A stretch of 64,000 bases of DNA from Chiloscyllium plagiosum. Taxonomy: Eukaryota. The stretch's first letter is position 1, and each line of letters opens with the position of its first letter. A model generated the notes under the pieces. That model searched no databases. It was given only the letters and a program-made list of their open reading frames with translations, and was not told the origin of the DNA. A program made the translations under genes and the position numbers. Location of the stretch: the NCBI RefSeq assembly GCF_004010195.1, contig NC_057719.1:75780064-75844063 (forward strand), given 5' to 3'. Below, in pieces: positions 51,783 through 64,000 of this stretch.

Positions 51783-52259
51783 CGTCTAGCCTCTAAAATA
51801 GTCAGGCAAGCCGCAGGGTTGTACCAAACTATTATGGGATGGACTGTAGTGGTTTATGAAGGTGGTGCACTACTGCCTTCTCAGGATCAATTAGAGGGAT
51901 AGTAAATGCAGACATGGCCAGTGACGTCCACATCCCATGAAAGAATAAATATCAATTCTAACACCACACTCTCGAAGACATATCATTTTGGAGAAGGTGC
52001 AGAGACTTACCAGTATGGAGCCAGGGGTTAAAGAAATTTCTTTTTGAAAAATGTATCTGGGATTGTTCTCATTAGAACAAAGCTGTTTCAGGGATAATTA
52101 ATAAAGCTGTTAGAATTTTAATGTATTAGATTGAATGAAACTGTTTCCACATGGAGAAGGATTAGAAACCAGAGGATACAGGTGATTGCCAGAAGACCTA
52201 TGAGGAATCAAAGTTCTATTCAGTTCTGTATGATTTGAAATGAATTGCTTGAAAAGCTG

Positions 52260-52705
52260 ATAGAGTCATAGAGATGTACAGCATGGAAACAGACCCTTCA
52301 CTCCAACTTGTCCATGCCGACCAGTTATTCTAACCTAACGTAGCCCCATTTGTCAGCACTTTGCCCATATCTCTCAAAACGCTTCCTATTCATATACCTA
52401 TCCAGATGCCTTTTAAACATAATTGTACCAGCCTCCACCACTTCGTCCGATAGCTTGTTTCATATACACACCATCCGCTGCATGAAAAAAGTTGCCTCTT
52501 TGGTCCCTTTTAAATCTTTTCTGTCTCACCTTAAACCTATGCCCACTAGTTTTGGCCTCCCCTACCCTGGAGAAAAGACCTTCAAATTGCACCCTATCCA
52601 TGCCCCCCATCATTCTATAAACCTCTATAAGGTCATCCCTCATCCTCCAACACTCCAGGAAAAACAGCCCCAGCCTATTCAGCCTCTCCTTGGAGCACAA
52701 ACTCT
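52260..52705 (-). mobile_element. CR1/HER1 3' fragment
   Basis: ERLNRLGLFFLE..DDLIEVYRMM..TSGHRFKVR. Confidence 0.85.
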
Positions 52706-53589
52706 CCAAAAGGAAAGGAGATATATACTTAAAGAAGAGAACAATTCTTAGGGCTAAGGGGAAGAATTGAGAAGGAGAACTAATTTGTAGATTTACCAAA
52801 GAGCCAACATTGACAATCAGGAATGCATGGCCTCCTTTCGTGCTGTCAGATAATATGATTATTAGAAAATTAAAGTTGTTTCTGCAGTGGCTATTAAAGA
52901 CAATGTAATCCCAATATTTGAGTGTGAGCTAGGTAAATATTTAAAGAAGAAGATTATAAAATTATACAGAGAAAGAACAAGACAGTGAGATTTGAGTAAT
53001 AACTTTTGGGTCTGGGTAGCATAGCAAGGGGCCAAAATGATGTCTGCATGTAATATTTCTCTGATCATAAGCATTACACAACAGTAAGGGAGACCAGCTG
53101 TTAATCTATTGCTGCTTAGTACAGTGGAGAAATGCAGAGACTTTGAAATGTGCAGTCACAGTATTTTTTAATGAAATGTATCCAATCTCACTCAAGTTAT
53201 CTTTTATATATTTTCAAAAACGATCCGTATACATCCAATTACTGTGCTCATTACTCAGCCAATTCCTGAACTCCCGCTTTCCCTCATCTTCAAGGCGAAA
53301 AGATGTGCACATTTATTGCTCACTCAGACCAGCACTAAGTTAGCAGAGACAGAAAAGTTTAATGGCCTGACCTTTCACTTTAATTCCCAGAGCTAAATGT
53401 TGATCAGAATGTTCCTGGTCAGTGAAGGTGGTGAGACCTCGGTTGTGCTGAGTATTGTTTTGCGTGGAGTTTGTATGTAAATATGCTGACTAAGAGCTCT
53501 CATCCCATCCCAGTTAATGTCTCAAGGCACCATGCATCATTGACTTCTTCACAAAGTCATCAGTAGACTTCTTCAAATGTTTTCTTTTA

Positions 53590-53920
53590 CTGATAGATAG
53601 AGTTGATAGCTAGAGACTTTTTCCCAGGGCAGAAATTGTTAACACGAGGGGTTATAGTTTTAAACCGTTTGGCGGAAAGTATAGAGGGGATGTCAGAGGC
53701 GGGTTCTTTACGCAGAGAGTTGTGGGAGCATGGAATGCGTTGCCAGCAGCAGTTGTGGAAGCGAGGTCTTTGGGGATATTTAAGAGACTGCTGGACATGC
53801 ATATGGTCACAGAAATTTGAGGGTTCGTACATTAGGTTTACCTTACATGAGGATCAATGGTCAGCACAACATCGTAGGCTGAAGGGCCTGTTCTGTGCTG
53901 TACTGTTCTATGTTCTATGA
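53590..53920 (+). mobile_element. CR1 3' fragment
   Basis: FFTQRVV-like region and a (ttctatg)n tail. Confidence 0.8.
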
Positions 53921-54199
53921 ACTGTGGGAATTCTCTAAAAAAAAAGGGCTGATTGGGAGGTTGCAGGAGTAGAATGAACACTGTACGGTGGAGAAGAAAA
54001 CGTCAAAAGAATATTAATCTAAATTTACATTTAAATAATAGTGGATTATGCATGCACAATATTTAACAGTCCCAAGTACCTGCAACTCCCTATAAGAAAG
54101 TATATGTCAAACCTTATCAACTGGATTCTCACAGCACTTCCAATACATAATTTCCAATCTAAATTATTAAGCATAACATAATTGTATTTTATAATACAA

Positions 54200-56650
54200 A
54201 ACTTGAATACAGCTGAAAAAGTCATATTATTAAAAGCTTTTCAACTTGTACTCACCAGGGCAATTTGCAAAAATGGCGATAAAAGGAAACATCCAAAGTT
54301 GATACTCTGCAAGAAGAGAGTACTGATCAATTGGCAAGTGGACTATGATTTATCATGGAGAATACAGCAGTTAATGATGATTGACTGTTAACTACCAAGT
54401 TTTGTTAAGCTTCCAAGCCAGGCATGTTCATTTTGATTAATCAGGGCATTACCCTGAGAACTGACAATCCTAAATTCGTTGCTTGTATAGTTTTTTTTAC
54501 ACACTCAGGATTATCAGGCAAATGTTCAATTACAGAATCAGATTTAATGTGGGACACTGTGTTGCAGACTTTGCTAAGCGTGGGGTGATTGAGTAAAGTC
54601 AGTATTTTACTTATTGTGAACAGCTAAAGGAATATGCTGTTTGATGTGATCTATCCACCTTTGGGATATATGGCCTGCATAGCTAGCATCACGCTGGTAC
54701 TGAAATTCACATATCAAGTGAGTGTATCTTTGGATTGACAGCAATATCCCATTAGTGGTGAACACCACTCATGTTGCCTCTATATGGTAACAGCATCAAG
54801 CATGTGGTTTCATCTTCATCTGTTGCTGAAGCCTTTGAGATCCTTCATCATTTCATGCATAACTGACGTAGAGCCGGCACTTTCCGGGACCAAGAATGAC
54901 TGCCCTTGGGCCTTTCATGAAGTTATTGGACCAGGGTTGCCATTATCCTGCCAGATGATCTAAGCACCAATCTTGCATGGTGAAAAAAATGGCTCAGGGC
55001 CTACTTATGAATTTGACAATAAGGTCAATCTTATAGTACATGGAACTGTAGGAATCCCAACACATATTTGACCAATGAATGTAGGTCAGTGGTTCATTGC
55101 AGTAGAAAACTGTATGGCCTATTTCTCAGCCAGCACATCAAGGAAAGGTAGCTCATTTTACTGTACCATTTAAAGTCCAAATTTCAGCTCAGCATGGAGC
55201 CCCTTGCAATATATTAGGATATTCTTAATGCAGCTGTGTGTTCAAATATAGCAAACATAACCCTAGAAGGGGTAAAAGGTTAGGTATCATTCTGTCTAAG
55301 ACGCGATTCTCATTGAATCAAACCACGACATTTACAAGAACTGGACCTAGTGGGAATTCTATGCCTACACCATCTATTTGGGCATACATGGTGCCATTAA
55401 AACTGAACCCAACTCTGCGAGCTGCTGAGTTAATTAGTTCAATGAATACTGATAGACATAGTTGTGGCAGATCTAACTTGTCATGATATAGTGCTGCAGT
55501 GCAGATGTCTATGTTTTCTGGAGTGATCCAATGGTGAAAGGGCAAGCAATATTAAATGAGCATATGGACGCTGTATTTCCATTAATATGCAACTCATGTC
55601 AGGCCTTTGAAAACATAAAGAAATGCTTCTCCATAATTCCTACAGTTCCATATGCTATAAGATTGGTCTATTGGTAAAGTCACAAATAGGACCTAAGCCC
55701 TTCTTTTTCAGTGCAAACCTGATGCCGAAACAGGCCATATCAAGGCCATTCTGCAGCATAGTGGCTATTCAGATTATTTCTTGCTGCATAGCTTGCAAAC
55801 AAATGGAAGGTGCTAAGGTGATCACTTTATTGTTCTGGAAAGTACCTTAGATTACCCTGGAAAGGAAAGGTACCTCAAAAGTTTGAACAGCAGCTGAGGT
55901 GAAGGTGAAGTTAGCTGATTCACACTGCTTCTATGTTGTAGTAAAGTAAATGTGTGCGCTGCTAGCAGGATGCTATCATCAAGCCAAAAAAGATGTTATC
56001 CCTATCACATAAATAAGTAATGAATTTATGAATTTCAGGGCTGGTGATCTGGATATGTAGACTGTATATCCCAAAGATTATTGGATTGTATCAAATGGCT
56101 TATCTGTTTGGCTGTTCACAATAGACACGATACTGACAATATCCAACCTGTCCGTGTTTGCAAATTTGATAACGGCGAAATATTTGGAAAATATTTGCTG
56201 GATAATTCTGAGTATGCAAAGAATTATGCTGACAAACAATTTAACTTCACTGTGTGGCATACATGAATGTACTGTAATCTATACATATTAATACACAAGG
56301 TCCTATTCATTGCAGATGGAAAGATTATGTGCATGAACCGTGCCTGTTTCAACTCAACAAAATAGGTGAGAGCCGTTGGCTAACGCATCAATCAGGGCAT
56401 TGACCTGAGAAACCAAGTCAACCTGATTTAAAATTTAAACAAAGGCTGGCAGTTAACAGTCAATCATCATTAATTGATACATTCTCCATGGCAACTCCCC
56501 AACTAATCAGTCTCCTTGTCAAACAATCAGCATTCTCCTCATTGACAATAGAAATCTTTGGTTTTCCTCCACATTGTTATTCTTGCAAATTATCCTGACA
56601 AATGCAAAATGAAAACTTCCAATAAAATACACATTATTTTAGCGATACTG
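54200..56650. mobile_element. Penelope-like element remnant with an internal inversion and inverted terminal repeats
   Basis: RT motif FSFNGTMYAQIDGVGIEFPLGPVL on the - strand (about 55310-55450). Linker/GIY-YIG remnant (LRLPWKGK..) on the + strand from about 55840. Related repeats at 54200-54460 (-) and 56350-56650 (+). Confidence 0.75.
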
Positions 56651-56964
56651 TTTCTAACATGTTAAATTTCAGTAGTTTTTGTTTTCCTGTGAACTGTAAT
56701 AAATAAATATCATCCACTAATAATAGGTTCACATCAGATTCTGTGGTGTATAATGGCAGATTAATTTATAGGCTGCATGATAAATTGCTCACTGTTTTGC
56801 CTTTGTAAATGTCACAGTGACAAGGATTGAAGACTATTCTGTCAGTCTGACCTTGTCAATATGTTTTCATTATTCATACAAAAGGCACAGCACCAGCACT
56901 TACAAAACTTTGGAAGGATTTTTATTCGTGTAATAGGACTTCTCTGTATTGAAGTATGCCTATA

Positions 56965-57450
56965 AAGTCACAGAATCATACAGAGTGGAAACTGATGTTT
57001 CAGTCACGCTGATCATGTTCCCAATCTAAACCAGTCCCACCTGCCTGTGCTTGGCCCATATCCCTCCAAACCTTTCCTATTCACGAGCTTATCCAAACCT
57101 CTTTTAAATGTTGTAACTGTACCCGCATCCACCACTTTCTCTGGCAGATCATTCCACACACGAAACACTGCCTGCGTAAAAATGTTGCCATATAAGTCCT
57201 TTATAAATCTTCCTTCTCTCACCTTAAAAAGATGCCCCCTCTTTTTGAACTCCCCCATTCTGGGGTAAGAACCCTTGTCATTCGCCATATCAGTGCTCCT
57301 CATGATTCTAGAAATCTAAATAAGGTCACCCCTCAACCTCCTACACTCCAGTGAAAGAAGTCCCAGACTTTCCAGTCTGTTTTTCTATCTCACGCCCTCC
57401 ATCCTGGTAAGTCTTTTCTGAACCCTCTCCAGTTTAATAATATCCTTAAC
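56965..57450 (-). mobile_element. CR1/HER1 3' fragment
   Basis: RGHLFKVREGRF..NIFTQAVFRVWNDLPEKVVDA. Confidence 0.85.
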
Positions 57451-59704
57451 AATAATGAAAAACAAATATGGTTACATGTTGCACAATCAGAGATAAACAA
57501 TTAACCCTAACTTTAAGTACATAAGGATATTGTCTTGTTTCAGGTAACATAATAAGTTATGATACTTTTTAGATCTATGATAGAATAACTTGCATTTATA
57601 TAGTATTGTATGAAAGTTATAGAAATTTGCATAATTAAATAAAAACTTCCCAGCCTCTTTACAGCCACTTAATTAGACAAAGTGACAATTGCTACTGAGA
57701 TTTAATGGAGTGATTAGGTAAGATGTTTAAAAGTTTGGTCAAAGATATAGCTTTTAAGGATCTTCTTAAGGAAAAGAAGCAAGAGAAAGAGCTAGAGAGG
57801 TGGCAAGAGCTGGAGAAATGTAGAAAGTTAGAAAGGGAATTCCAGAGTTGAGAGTATATCTGCTCAAGGCATGATTGTCAGTAGTGAAGTGAAAGAAATT
57901 AAGGATGCGAAGAGGCTGGAGTTAGAGCATCGTCAAATACCTACAAAGTTATAGGGTTGAAGGAGATTATAGAAATTAAGAAGGGCCTAACAAATGAGGT
58001 AGCTTTTCCTTAAGAGCACTAATTTGCAAATTGTGTGGAAATCCACCATAAATTTCAATTGTACAGACAGCACCTCCTATCTTCAATTCAGGATGCCAGG
58101 AAAAAGGACTGGCCAGGCCAGTATATATTGCCCATTCCTAATTGCCCAGAGGGCAGTTAAGTGTCAGCCATGTTGCTGTGGATCTGGAGTCACATGTAGG
58201 CTGGAAGATTTCCTCCTCTGAAGAACATTAGTGAATCAGTTGAAGTTTTCATCATTAGACTCTATTGTATTGCCACAGCAAGTTTCAGAATGGCGTCCAG
58301 CTTTGTTGTCAAGGGGTGGCCTTTCCTTCTTGTTAGTGGCTTCTACAGATTCTGTGGGGGATAGGACTCGGAAGTTTTCTCATCAGAAAACACAAGACAC
58401 AGCACCACACATTTCACGCCAGTATCTTGTGCTCTGTTTCATTAAGACACCAAATAGACCCACTTTAGTTAAATCAGTCACTATTTCATACAGTGTAAAT
58501 CTACCCTGTGTATTCAGGCAGAGTAAATTACAATCATTACAATTGGATCGTTTGGCCGGTGGAAAATTAAATGGGAATTGGGAAGATGCGGCCAAGTGAT
58601 TGAAATCATTGAGGGGGCCACTTTATGTGGGTGTTACTCAGTCATTATTTGAGGCTTGGTATTTTTTCTGTCCTACTGATGCCAAATTGGTTTTCTGAGG
58701 TAATGCACCATTTGAAGCTGTGGCAGCTAAGTGGAGCAGCTAAGTGAAGCAGGGAAGGAGTTTGCAACCCTGGTTGGCTTGTGGTGGTGACACACACGGA
58801 TGGCGTAAGGCCCGGGAATAGGGGCGGCGCACACATGCCCATATGCTCACTCACACACACACCTCAATGGCCCTGGTCAGATCAGAGGACTGTGACCTGC
58901 ATCGTAGAAATAGCCTTTTGCCCAAGGTGACAATGGTCAAGGCATCAGATCAATGCAGTGGTAAATGATCTAATGCTATTTTAAGGCCACTCCTTCTTGC
59001 ATTCAGATTGAGTGAAGGAATAGACTCATAGATGTGGTTGACCCTTAACTGCCTCTGAAATGGCTGAGCAAGCCACTCCGTTCACCTTACTGGTCTGATG
59101 GGAGAATAATGGAAAGCAATGATGCTGTTTCCTGACTGCACATATTGGTAGGGGCCCAACATCAGTACTTATTCACGAGGCTTAAAGTTGGCCTGTACCA
59201 CTCAGAGAAAAAGCGCATCATGGCTGCTGAGACCATTTGGAATAATGATGTGCAAGAAAGAACGATGACTGACCAGGAGACAGAGCATACACCAGGGTTT
59301 TCCCATTTGAAAGGTTTTCAGTCTCTCAGCATGTAGTGGACATTTGACTATTACGTCATGAGTGGGGGAACTGAAGGCCTAGGTTGTGGGAGGAGGGGAA
59401 GGAAAACAAAAGAAGTGCATGTTTACGCCAGTTGTAGCTCGTAAGCCAGAAGAATTGTACGATAAGTGGAAGCAGAAGGATTTTCGAGAGGTCTCAGAAA
59501 TGAAGAGAGATGTTTTCTACCTACAGGGCTGGAGGCTCACAATGAGAACTTAGAGAGCCATTGAAGGCAATTGTGAAGCTCAGTCACACAGACTGAACAA
59601 TGCAGGGCTGCAAGGAGGTCAGTGGCCTGGCAGAAGCGATCAAGGATTACACATTCAAACACTACGTCCTACCGACTGCACTAATAGCCTCAACCACTGC
59701 TCAA

Positions 59705-60743
59705 GTCTGCTTCCCACAGCTGCCTGGATTACACCTCTTCCCACCCTACCTTCTGCAAAAGTGCTACCCCATATTCCCAATTCCTCTGACTCTGCCGTAT
59801 CTGCCCCCAAGAGGACCTGTTCCAGAACAGAACACACCAGATGGCCTCCTTCTTTCAAGACTGCAATTTCCCTTTCCACGTGGTTGAAGATGCCCTCCAA
59901 CGCATCTCGTCCACATCCCGCACCTCTGCCCTCAAACCCCACCTCACCAACCATAACAAGGACAGACTCCCCCTGGTCCTCACATTTCACACGACCAACC
60001 TTCGCAAAAATCTGCCAACATTTCTGCCGCCTCCAAATGGACCCCACCACCAGGGATATATTTCCCTCCCCACCCCTTTCTGCTTTCCACAAAGATCGTT
60101 CCCTTCATGACTACCTGGTCAGGTCCACGCCCCCCCAACAACCCAACCTCCCTTCCTGGCACCTTCCCCTGCCACCGCAGGAATTGCAAAACCTGCGCCC
60201 ACACCTCCCCCCTCACCTCCATCCAAGGCCCCAAAGGAGCCTTCCACATCCATCAATGTTTCACCTGCACATCCACCAATGTAATTTGTTGTATCCATTG
60301 CTCCCAATGTGGTCTCCCTTACATTGGGGAGACTGGACACCTCCTAGCAGGGCACCTTAGGGAACATCACCGGGACACCCGCACCAATTAACCCCACCGC
60401 CCGGTGGCCGAACATTTCAACTCCCCTTCCACTCTGCCGAGGGCATGCAGGTCCTGGGCCTCCTCCATCGCCACTCCCTCACATCCGACGCCTGGAGGAA
60501 GAACGCCTTATCTTCCGCCTCCGAACACATTAACCCCAGAACATCAATGTGAACTTCACCAGTTTCCTCATTTCCCCTCCCCCCACCTTCCACCCTGGAG
60601 GCTCCGTGCCTCCATTCCTGATGAAGGGCTTTTGTCCGAAACGACAATATTCCTGCTGCTCGGATGCTGCCTGACCTGCTGTGCTTTTCCAGCACCACTT
60701 TAATCTAGACTCTGATCTCCAGCATCTGTAGTCCTCGTTTTTG
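59705..60743 (+). mobile_element. 5'-truncated Penelope-like element: RT thumb, Cys-rich linker, GIY-YIG endonuclease and terminal repeat with hammerhead motif
   Basis: HSCLDYTSSHP..YSQFL, CHRRNCKTC, FTCTSTNVICCIHCSQCGLPYIGETG..LREH. CCACTGCTCAA is duplicated at 59694-59704 and 60744-60754. Confidence 0.9.
60614..60649 (+). ncRNA. Hammerhead motif at the end of the Penelope element (cleavage triplet mutated to GAC)
   Basis: AUUC-CUGAUGA-A-GGGC-UUUU-GUCC-GAAA-CGAC, just downstream of the GIY-YIG remnant. Confidence 0.6.
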
Positions 60744-62934
60744 CCACTGCTCAAATCAACACACCCCATCGCCAGAAAATTCCAAACCCTATTTCTCCTT
60801 GCTTTCACAAACCAAGGAGCACTGTTGTAAACTTCACACCAACGTTTAACTCGTTGGACCTGACTGTCAACCATAAAAGTCTTATCTTGTATGAAATGCA
60901 CCTCCCTCTCCTTTGCAAGGGGAAGATCGTACACAATCAGAACTAGCAGGAATTAACAGGAAGGGGTGAGGTCTTTGCAAGCTCTAACCCTCTCCATGGA
61001 GGCCTTTATTGGGAAAAATCCTTTGTGTCTCACTCTCCTTTACATCACAATTTCTTCCAGCTTACACACCAGAATCGGCGTGATCATGCACTTCTTTACC
61101 TCGTTTCTTTGTTGATAACCTTTGCACATTTATTTCTAATAAACTAGCTATTCTTTGATTAAATAAAGCCAGGCTGATACAGACTTAATTTCACATAATT
61201 GACCATACATCAGCATGATTATCTTTAATATTTTCTGTTCACAGTGGAGAGATGGAACTAGGAAGGAATTAGTGCATCTCTCCAACCTTGGTTGTAACAC
61301 CATGCACAGGGGCATAAGAGATAGCATCAACTAGAATATTAGCATCATGACCCATTTATCTACGCATACTTCTATGGATGTTAACTGTGTGCCTGTCTGT
61401 TAAGCCCTTTACCAAGATGTCAACCAGCAAACTTGATGGCAGAGACGAGTGCTAGTGTAATGATCACCATTATGTAACCGTCACTGACACCTTCCAAAAA
61501 GTGTATGATTAAACTCCTATAATGTTTTCCTTTGGAAACTGATGGCTTTCCTGTCCATCATCATTAGGCGTTGGCTCAGTATTGCCTACCCGGTGACCTT
61601 TGGACAGTGTAGATACGGAGGGGAAAGCACATCACTGGAACACCCTGCCAGCCATTTTGGCTGGGATCAGCTAACTTACTGAAGGCCAGGTGCTGAAACT
61701 TAAATGTTCAAGGTATGCATAACTCAAAGTACACCTGCTGCTGAGCAGAATAAACCGGGAGCTGTGCTGATCAGTCCCAACATGTAGCAAAGCAGAACGC
61801 AAACATTGCAGAGGAAAAATCAAGTATTGAAAATCAGCAATTGGTTAACAATTGTATTAGATAGTTTAATCAGCTGAATGGCAGTGTAAAAATACAGATT
61901 GCCCCTTGCATATGGTTGCAGGCTTAGACAGCTCACATTATGCATAAATAAATCTAATTTAGCATACAGCCACTCTATGTATCGAAGCATACAAACAAAA
62001 AGATTAATTTGTAAAATGCTTCTGCGAGCGATGCATCCTCTTTGTAGTTTGTAACCAGAGGATTTGCTTTGAGTACTCAGTGATCTTTACAGTGGAATGT
62101 AGCCTATTGTCTATTTCTTGAATGAGAACAGACAATCAAAAGTGCAAGATGATGGACATTGGTAGGGACAACCTCAGTCACTTACAATTTGAGCATCAAA
62201 TGCATCAGAGCATGAAGAAATTGGATAATGCATGATGACAGAGGGTGCTGACCTGAAGGTCAAACTACTGCTGAGCGTGACGAGGGGCAAAACAACAGCA
62301 CTTAACTTCATGAGATGAAAAGATCATATTCACTGTGCAGTCGAGATGTGAGCTGTGATCTTTGCCTCAGAAAGATGGAGCCCATTACATGTGGAGACAA
62401 AATCAGATGTTACACCTGGGGTAAATCAGCGTCATTGAAAAGTCAACTATCACAGCAAACTAGACCTCTGCGCACATCTGAAAGTGCACATCGACTGGGC
62501 TGTGTATGGATTCAACTTGGAGCAGTCCAGCAGTTACAGTTTATTAATCCCATAATAACCATTCACTCGCCTTCTCCTTTTGTACCTGCAGATTAATGCT
62601 AAGCAATGGAAAGGTTTGGAATGGTATAGAACCTGTCCATGATAATTGAGTTGGGGTTTGTTGTTAGCCACTCCTTGGACCGCTGTTTGGTTTCACCCAG
62701 CCACACTGCATTTGCCCGAAAAATGCTCACCTGAGTGAAATGTTGTGTTGCCACTACAGCAACAACAGATATCTATACATTCAAGCTTGAGCTAAAATCT
62801 GAATCATTTATTGCTGATCAATGTATCTATAGATGATGAAATACTATTTGAAACAAATTGCATGTATAATTGCTGTCTATGTGGATAGCCACTTAGCACA
62901 AGGAAAAGGTTATAGGACTTTGAGCACGTTTATG

Positions 62935-63246
62935 GGGAGGTGATGACCTCATGGATTTATCACTGGATTGTTTATCCAGCGATCCAGGTAACATTCTGGG
63001 GACCCAGGTTCGAATCCCGCCATGGCGGATGGTGGAATTTGAATTCAATAAATATCTGGGATTAGGAATCTAATGATGACCATGAATCAATTGTCAGATA
63101 AACCCATCTGGTTCACTAATGTCCTACATGTGACTCCAGACCCACAGCAATGTGGTTGAGTCTTAACTGCCCTCTGGGCAATTAGGGATGGGCAATAAAT
63201 GTTGCCTAACCAGCAACATTCTCATCTTGCAAATGAATTAAAAAAA
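62935..63246 (+). mobile_element. Second tRNA-headed SINE family with a LINE-derived tail
   Basis: B box ggttcgaatcc, body aaacccatctggttcactaatgtcc, tail gggcaattagggatgggcaataaat...atgaattaaaaaaa. Further copies lie near 1908-2150, 17120-17510, 23445-24155 (+) and 58090-58250 (-). Confidence 0.8.
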
Positions 63247-64000
63247 GCTTGTGAAACTGGCAGCTGTTTCTCATGACAATCCTTCACCAGTATGGAAATG
63301 TGCACATCATTAATATTTGGGTTGCCTTTGATGATTAAATATAGCAACGTTCCAATCAGCTGGTTATTTGCTCCATTGTAGGCTCCTTGGAAGCAAAATT
63401 CGGCAAGGCTCCAATGTGTTAAGGGGGGTTTCTTTTGCCTCATTAGTACATGCCTGGTTCTTGCAAGCAAGCAGCTGACAAACTTAATCCTGCCTGCTCA
63501 GGGAAATGCTGCAGTGTGCTGCTGAGTGGCTGCTAACCCAAGCAGGCAAAACAACATCATGAGAGACTAATGCCACTTTATACCCAATGGCGATACTTAA
63601 AGGTAGAGGCGCTTCTCAAAAAGGGATTGATTGTAGAGGAGAGTGTAAACTCAAACAACATCGAATGACAGAGAGTGAGCTCCAAGATTGGCTAACGTTG
63701 CAGTGGAGATCTGTAGTGTTGAGGTAATGTGGGCAGATGCATGCGCCAGTCAATGTCAAGAGTATATCCTTGAGCAGCTGGCTGCAATGGTGCAAGAAGT
63801 TAAATAATCACACTTGAATGGTCAAGGTCAGTAGTTGTGTTTACATTGTTTTTATTCTCCTGTGGGATGTGGACATTTATCGGTCATTCCTGGTTGCACT
63901 TGAGAAGGTAGTAGTGAGCTTCCTTCTCGAACTACTGCAATCCACCTGCTGTGGGTTGACTCCCAATACCCTTAGGGAGGGAATTCCAGGATTGTGACCC

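Noticed and set aside
59761..60360. 199-aa ORF as a functional protein
   Set aside because: It is an off-frame reading of the frameshifted Penelope remnant.
49059..64000. Next constitutive NCX exon (DRKLT.EEEEA.RIAEMGKP) or NCX1-type exons D-F
   Set aside because: Not found by eye. It probably lies beyond the window, and very short exons cannot be excluded.

Overview
Eukaryotic, repeat-rich vertebrate DNA. The SINE and LINE families point to a cartilaginous fish, most likely a shark; this is inferred from HE1-type V-SINEs, HER1/CR1 tails and a DeuSINE-like repeat. The window is almost entirely intronic sequence of a + strand Na+/Ca2+ exchanger gene, best matching SLC8A3/NCX3. Three exons are visible: mutually exclusive CBD2 exon A (40109-40215, 107 nt), exon B (42530-42633, 104 nt) and the 18-nt microexon C (49041-49058). 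The rest is a mosaic of CR1-group LINEs (one full-length, nested copy at 11477-16166), tRNA-derived SINEs, solo LTRs, Penelope-like element (PLE) remnants and Harbinger-like debris. Three signals stand out. (1) More than a dozen minimal hammerhead-ribozyme (HHR) motifs of about 4 families occur (CUGAUGA-A-stem II-GAAA plus a palindromic stem III). They sit at PLE ends and in short, TSD-flanked palindromic elements that carry a core on each strand. (2) There are two near-perfect local inverted templated insertions with microhomology (141 and 183 bp). (3) A LINE shares both its 5' region and its 3' tail with a tRNA-headed SINE. All calls were made by eye; no alignments, folding or database searches were run.
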